From contig OZ024752.1 in NCBI GenBank assembly GCA_964016885.1, forward strand, positions 38,254,001 through 38,318,000: DNA of 64,000 bases, in the 5' to 3' direction. Numbering within the stretch: the stretch's first letter is position 1; each line of letters starts with the position of its first letter. Below, piece after piece: positions 52,451 to 64,000 of this stretch. Position numbers and translations under genes: made by a program. The notes under the pieces were generated by a model. That model was given only the letters and a program-made list of their open reading frames with translations. It searched no databases and was not told the DNA's origin. This stretch comes from Eledone cirrhosa. Taxonomy: Eukaryota.

Positions 52451-52620
52451 CATATATATATATACATAATATAACTGAACAAAAAAAGAAAAACGAACAC
52501 AGACATATATATATATGTGTTCAAATCGTAATGGACCAGAATCGCCAAGGTGAAAAAAATACTAACTACAGACAATAGGGTTTGCCAGGCTGAATAATGG
52601 TGCTTAGAATGCACTATAAC

Positions 52621-52676
<56 letters not shown>

Positions 52677-52680
<4 letters not shown>

Positions 52681-53092
52681 ATCAAAAGATGGTTAAATGA
52701 GTTCCATGTGTTTTATTATGCGCATTTCAAAAACAAATATCATCATGCAATAACATTTGTGTTTTCATCAGATAAAATAGGAGGACATGATATGAAGGTT
52801 AAAAACACTTGTGGATAGTGCAGTTTTAAATCAACATATTTAAAACTGATTTAAAACTGCACTATCCACAAGTGTTTTTAACCTTCATATCATGTATTCC
52901 TATTTTATCTGATGAAAACACAAATGTTATTGCATGATGATATTTGTTTTTGAAATGCGCATAATAAAATACATGGAACTCATTTAACCATCTTTTGATC
53001 TTATATATTATGTATACTCCAATCCTACAAACAGTAGAGTGCTTCTTATCCGATATCTGCATTGCTTTATTGTACTACAATAAAACTCACCT

Positions 53093-53095
<3 letters not shown>
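52677..53095. mobile_element. Family C HHR element, inverted pair
   Basis: HHR 52901-52971(+): tattttat-CTGATGA-..acaaatgt/atatttgt..-GAAA-tgcgca-TA-ataaaata. Mirror at 52709-52779(-). Confidence 0.8.
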
Positions 53096-53166
<71 letters not shown>

Positions 53167-53167
<1 letters not shown>

Positions 53168-53368
53168 GTTATTCCGGGTTGAATCGGAGGTAACCAGAGT
53201 AAGTAAGGTACTCAATACATTGCAGAGTATAAAAGTTTTAATATAGATGAGATTCTACAGGACTAGAACTGTTTCATTCTTTAGAAATCATCAGGAATCC
53301 CTGATTCCTGATGATTTCTAAAGAATGAAACAGTTCTAGTCCTGTAGAATCTCATCTATATTAAAACT
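53167..53368. mobile_element. Family I palindrome with two HHR-like cores
   Basis: CTGATGA-tttctaaagaat-GAAA-cagt-TC at 53308-53336 plus a mirror copy. Stem I is imperfect. Confidence 0.5.
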
Positions 53369-53885
53369 ATATATATACATAGTTATAGTGCATTCTAAGC
53401 ACCATTATTCAGTTGTTCTTTGTTAAAGACGTTAAGGTCTGGTTTGTGAGAGATTTGGTAGTTATTTTTGTTAGTTCAATCGAACATATTTTGGCATCTG
53501 GCCCGTTGCCAGACACTGGTGTTATGAGCCTCTTCAAAACATTCTATTGGCTCCTGGCCCGTACCAGACACAAGAGTTCAGAACACTCTAGACGGTAATT
53601 CTAATTTGCAATAATTCTAAGACAGAATAAGCCTATCACTGTAAATGTTTCTAAATCTGAGGATGTATCATTGAAAATTGAGGAGGTGGGGGTGAGGGAA
53701 GGGGATGAATGTCATCCAACGACCTCACTCCTCCCACGACCCCTTTCCCCACTCCCACTCCTCCCCCTCCTCCCACTCCACTCACATCCTCAATATCCTT
53801 GGTGATGGTTTTGAAAGACACTCGTGTCATATTCAGTAATACATAATTGTTTTCTGATAGGAAACTCAACATTGTCGCCTATAAG

Positions 53886-53985
53886 TCTATCTATCTCTCC
53901 CCTCTCTCTCTCTATCTCTATTTCTCACCCTCTCTCTCACTCTATCTCTCTATCTCCTACTGGTTCTTTCGTCCTCTATCACTCC

Positions 53986-54037
<52 letters not shown>

Positions 54038-54175
54038 GCTTTCCTCACTCTCCGTCTCTCCCTCTCACTATCTCGTTCTCTCTCTCGTTCTCTCTCTCGT
54101 TCTCTCTCTCGTTCTCTCTCTCGTTCTCTCTCTCACTCTCCCGGTTTTTGTCTCTCTCATTTTCTATCCTTCTCT

Positions 54176-54250
<75 letters not shown>

Positions 54251-54676
54251 TCTCTGTCTGTCTCATCCTCTACCCTTCTCTCTCTCTCTCCCTCACTTTC
54301 TGTCTTGACCACAATCTCTCTTTCTTTCTCTCTCTCTCTCTCTCTCTCTCTCACTCACTCTCACTCACTCTCCCGCTTTCTGTCTCTATCATCCTTTACC
54401 CTTCTTTCTCTTTCTCTCTCTCTTTCTTATTCCCTCCCTCTCTCACTCTCTGTCTAGACCACAATCTCTCTCTCACTCTCTCTCTCGCCCTCACTCTCTC
54501 TCTCGCCCTCACTCTCTCTCTGTCTAGACCACAATCTCTCTCTCACTCTCTCTCTCACTCTCTCTCTCTCTCTCCCTCCCTCACTCTCTGTCTAGACCAC
54601 ATTCTCTCTCACTCTCCTCTCTCTCTCTCTCTCTGTCTAGACCACAATCTCTCACTCACACTCTCACTCACTCTCA
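53886..54676. repeat. (CT)n-rich low-complexity tract with recurring TGTCTAGACCACAATCTCTC
   Basis: Directly visible. Confidence 0.9.
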
Positions 54677-54917
54677 CCTACCAACAAAGACAGAGCCGAT
54701 ATATAGATCTGAAGTAGTAGCCATCTAATCTACTCTCGTGTCTTCGACTATAAACCTAATCACGATGTCCAGGTTCAGATTTCGCCGTTTCATTCCTTTA
54801 CACTACTTTTAAAACAATTACATGTTTTATTGTCTTATACACACATATTTGATAGACAATGTCCCTTCCTCAACTCTTCACCTAACATCGATTATATGTG
54901 ATAGCGTTGACACTGTG

Positions 54918-55995
<1,078 letters not shown>

Positions 55996-55996
55996 A

Positions 55997-56500
55997 GTTT
56001 TCATTTGGGAGGGTCATGTTGCCAATAAGAAACACACGCACCAGTTGTTTCACTTCAATTTATTATAATAAATTTATAAATTTAGGAATTTATAAATTTC
56101 CGGTTGGTTGGTTGGTTCCACAACCAGATGGTTGTTTATATATTGTCAAAGTTCTTTCGTCACACATTCTATGACCTCTTCAGTGACTGGGGATTCTTTT
56201 CTTTGTTTTTTCTGCCTCTCCTTTGTTCTGTCCTACGCCATCTTGTCTTTGTGTGTGTGTTGTGTGCTTAGTTTGCGCATGTGTTACATCCGAGTGTCTG
56301 TGTGTGTTTATATTCGTTTATTTATTTGTTTATTTACATGTTACTGGCTGGTTGTTTGTTCTATGTGCGTGTGTGTTTTCATTTTGTCCTCAATTGTAAG
56401 TTGTGATGTTGCTGTTCCACTCATGTTTTCTATTTAATTTTGGTTGTAATTCATTTATGTTTATTGCCTCTGTGATTTATCTAAACATTGCGTCTTTTCT
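55997..56500 (-). mobile_element. Family K element (~500 bp), HHR at 56145-56187
   Basis: gtca-CTGAAGA-ggtcata..tgtgac-GAAA-gaac-TT-tgac. Confidence 0.72.
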
Positions 56501-57687
<1,187 letters not shown>

Positions 57688-58000
57688 TGGAAAGTTATAT
57701 TTAAATTGTTGGGTTACAACTAGTAAATATTTATAACTGATATAAAAGCACTCGACAAATATTTGGAGTATATTTACAATATTAAATAAATGGAAACTAT
57801 ATTTATAAAACTATATTTATTTCATTATATATATTTCAGGGATATCATATTAACGGTATGTCGAATCTATTTATCTATAAAACTGTTTATATTGTATTTT
57901 GTCTGAGGAAGGCATAGCATATTGTTAATATGATATCCCTGAAATATATATAATGAAATAAATATGGTTTTATAAATATAGTTTCCATTTATTTAATATT
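57688..58000. mobile_element. Family A element, inverted pair with an intact HHR at 57895-57960(+)
   Basis: tattttgt-CTGAGGA...GAAA-tatata-TA-atgaaata. Confidence 0.72.
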
Positions 58001-58036
58001 GTATATACATATATATATATTTATATATATATATAC

Positions 58037-58083
<47 letters not shown>

Positions 58084-58110
58084 CATATATATATATACAT
58101 ATATATATAC

Positions 58111-58299
<189 letters not shown>

Positions 58300-58421
58300 T
58301 ATAGAGAGAGAGAGAATTAGTACATTTACCAACATATGTGAACAGATGTTCACCTATGCTAGCAAATATATATCTTATGTCTTAGTACCTTTGTGGTTCT
58401 ATGCAGGGGGATGCAGAACAA

Positions 58422-59049
<628 letters not shown>

Positions 59050-59050
59050 C

Positions 59051-62091
<3,041 letters not shown>

Positions 62092-62095
<4 letters not shown>

Positions 62096-62201
62096 GTTTA
62101 TACTTTTGGCACAAGGCCAGCAATTCACCAGTGTATTACTGGTACTTTATTTTATCGACCCCCGTAAGGATGAAAGGCAAAGTTAACCTCGGCGGGATTT
62201 G
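62092..62201 (-). mobile_element. Partial tRNA-derived SINE
   Basis: Core and tail, reverse orientation. Confidence 0.8.
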
Positions 62202-62299
<98 letters not shown>

Positions 62300-62477
62300 T
62301 TTATATATACATGCATAAACATATATTTTATGCATATTTATATATTGTTATACTTTCAACACACGATTTCAGATAAAGAATCTTGCTAAACAAATTCAGA
62401 AACGAAATATATATATATACATATACATATATATATATTTATATATACATATACATATATATATATATTATGCATAT

Positions 62478-62518
<41 letters not shown>

Positions 62519-62596
62519 ATAATAATAATAAATTTGAAGACTAAAATCCAAAGAGGGCTCGACCCGTTAAGGGTGAAAGCAGCGATTCTTTGCTTA

Positions 62597-62630
<34 letters not shown>

Positions 62631-62634
<4 letters not shown>

Positions 62635-62750
62635 TTTTAGTGCAATGAAATATCTATGATCGTCGGCAAATCACTGATGAGGGACTTATATTATTTTATT
62701 ACATGTTATCCATGTGCAACCAGCAGTATTCTTCTCCCCATTTTTTCACG
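62631..62750 (+). ncRNA. 5'-truncated copy 4 of the rearranged hammerhead family
   Basis: tgatttt..GAAA-tatct..cgtcgg-caaatca-CTGATGA. Lacks the upstream stem III strand. Confidence 0.45.
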
Positions 62751-62754
62751 TATA

Positions 62755-62796
<42 letters not shown>

Positions 62797-63217
62797 AAAT
62801 GGCGTCTCGTTTAAGTTGAACGCCGTTAAGTTGGTGCGAGTGAGTGGCGTGAAGAAGGGAAGATGTGTGGCGTGTTTCCTTTAGAAGCAGGCTCATTTCC
62901 CGCTTCAAATTGATTCTTGAACACGTGCACTTGACTAGCTGTTTGACACTGTAAGTAGTCAATTGAACACTTAGTAAAGGATGGGCTAAATAATGAGCCA
63001 AACGAAAGCATGTTTTTTTTTTTTTAGGGAGGTAGGGTTAGGGTTTTACTGCTGAATTTGTCGAGCAACCTGCTCTGTATTTTTAGCAGCCGTTTAGTTT
63101 TCAAGTGGTAGCTATTTGTTACGTTTTTAAATAACCGAAAACAAACAAAATTAAAAACAGTCAAAAAAAAAATAACAAAAAAAAACAAAACAAAAAAAAC
63201 AATAAACATGTAATTGT

Positions 63218-63630
63218 AATTGTTTCTACTTTTGGCACAAGGCCAGCAAATATCTCCCCAGTACATTACTGGACCTTTATTCTATCGACCCCGTAAGGAT
63301 GAAAGGCAAAGTTAACCTCGGCGGGATTTGAACTTATACCGTAAAGGGGCGTAACTCTATGCCGCAAAGCATGGCGTCCGACTCTCTCCCGGTACTGCCA
63401 ATCCACCAATAATGATTTCTACTATAGGCACAAGGCCAGTAATTTTGGGGGGAGGGGATAGTCGATTAAATCGACCCTAGTACGTTACTGGTACTTTATT
63501 TTACTGACCCTGTAAGGATGAAAGGCAAAGTTAACCACGGCGGAATTTGAACTCAGAACGTAAAGGACAGTAACTCTATGCTGCAAAGCAAGGTGTCCGA
63601 CTCTCTATTGATAATACCAATCCACCGCCA
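63218..63630 (-). mobile_element. Two tandem tRNA-derived SINEs
   Basis: 63218-63407 and 63412-63630 are reverse complements of the family consensus. Confidence 0.82.
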
Positions 63631-63654
63631 ATCCACCGAATAAACATATAATGA

Positions 63655-64000
63655 TATGTTTCTTTTATTTGCCACCAGGGCATCAAAAGTGGGACAAGTA
63701 CAAAGGGGGGAGTTTACAAAACAAGGCGTCCTCAATAAGGAGGAGGCAATAACAATATATAAAAATAAAATAAAATATAACAAAAAATAAAATTATAACA
63801 AAATCCTCAATAGAGAGGAGGCGCCTTGGGGGGGGGGGGGGGGGTCGCACACACCCCCGAAAAAAGTGTGCAACCCTTCTCCTCAGGAGCACAGAGAGGG
63901 GGTGCTCCCTCGTTCCTTCCTCTTTTCCACCTACAGGCTTATGTAAAGAGAAGGCCCATTCACACGGGCCATTCTCGCCACTTTCACCCACCTTTCATAA
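63655..64000 (-). mobile_element. Probable 3' end of an L1/Tx1-like LINE
   Basis: ORF end YERWVKVARMARVNGPSLYISL*, then a 3' UTR ending AATAAAAGAAAC. Confidence 0.4.

Overview
This is AT-rich metazoan genomic DNA, most likely a cephalopod or octopus judging from the SINE families (inference). Kilobase-scale (TA)n-type microsatellites dominate it, so almost all listed ORFs are repeat artefacts. The only well-supported host coding sequence is the last two exons of a KLHL10-like Kelch gene (1783-1874, 5352-5508). Transposon relics include CR1/L2, CRE, R4, RTE and L1/Tx1-like LINE fragments, about 15 tRNA-derived SINEs and a mariner pseudogene. A cluster of four minisatellites lies at 15-21 kb. 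The main signal is that the short non-repetitive islands inside the (TA)n tracts are roughly ten families of small, ORF-less elements carrying hammerhead ribozyme (HHR) motifs. I read about 30 motifs by eye, arranged as tandem arrays (311 bp, 468 bp) or inverted pairs, which fits retrozyme-like or non-autonomous Penelope-like elements. One family appears to encode a non-circularly permuted, pseudoknotted hammerhead, with compensatory base changes between copies. All structures were read manually, with no folding or database search.
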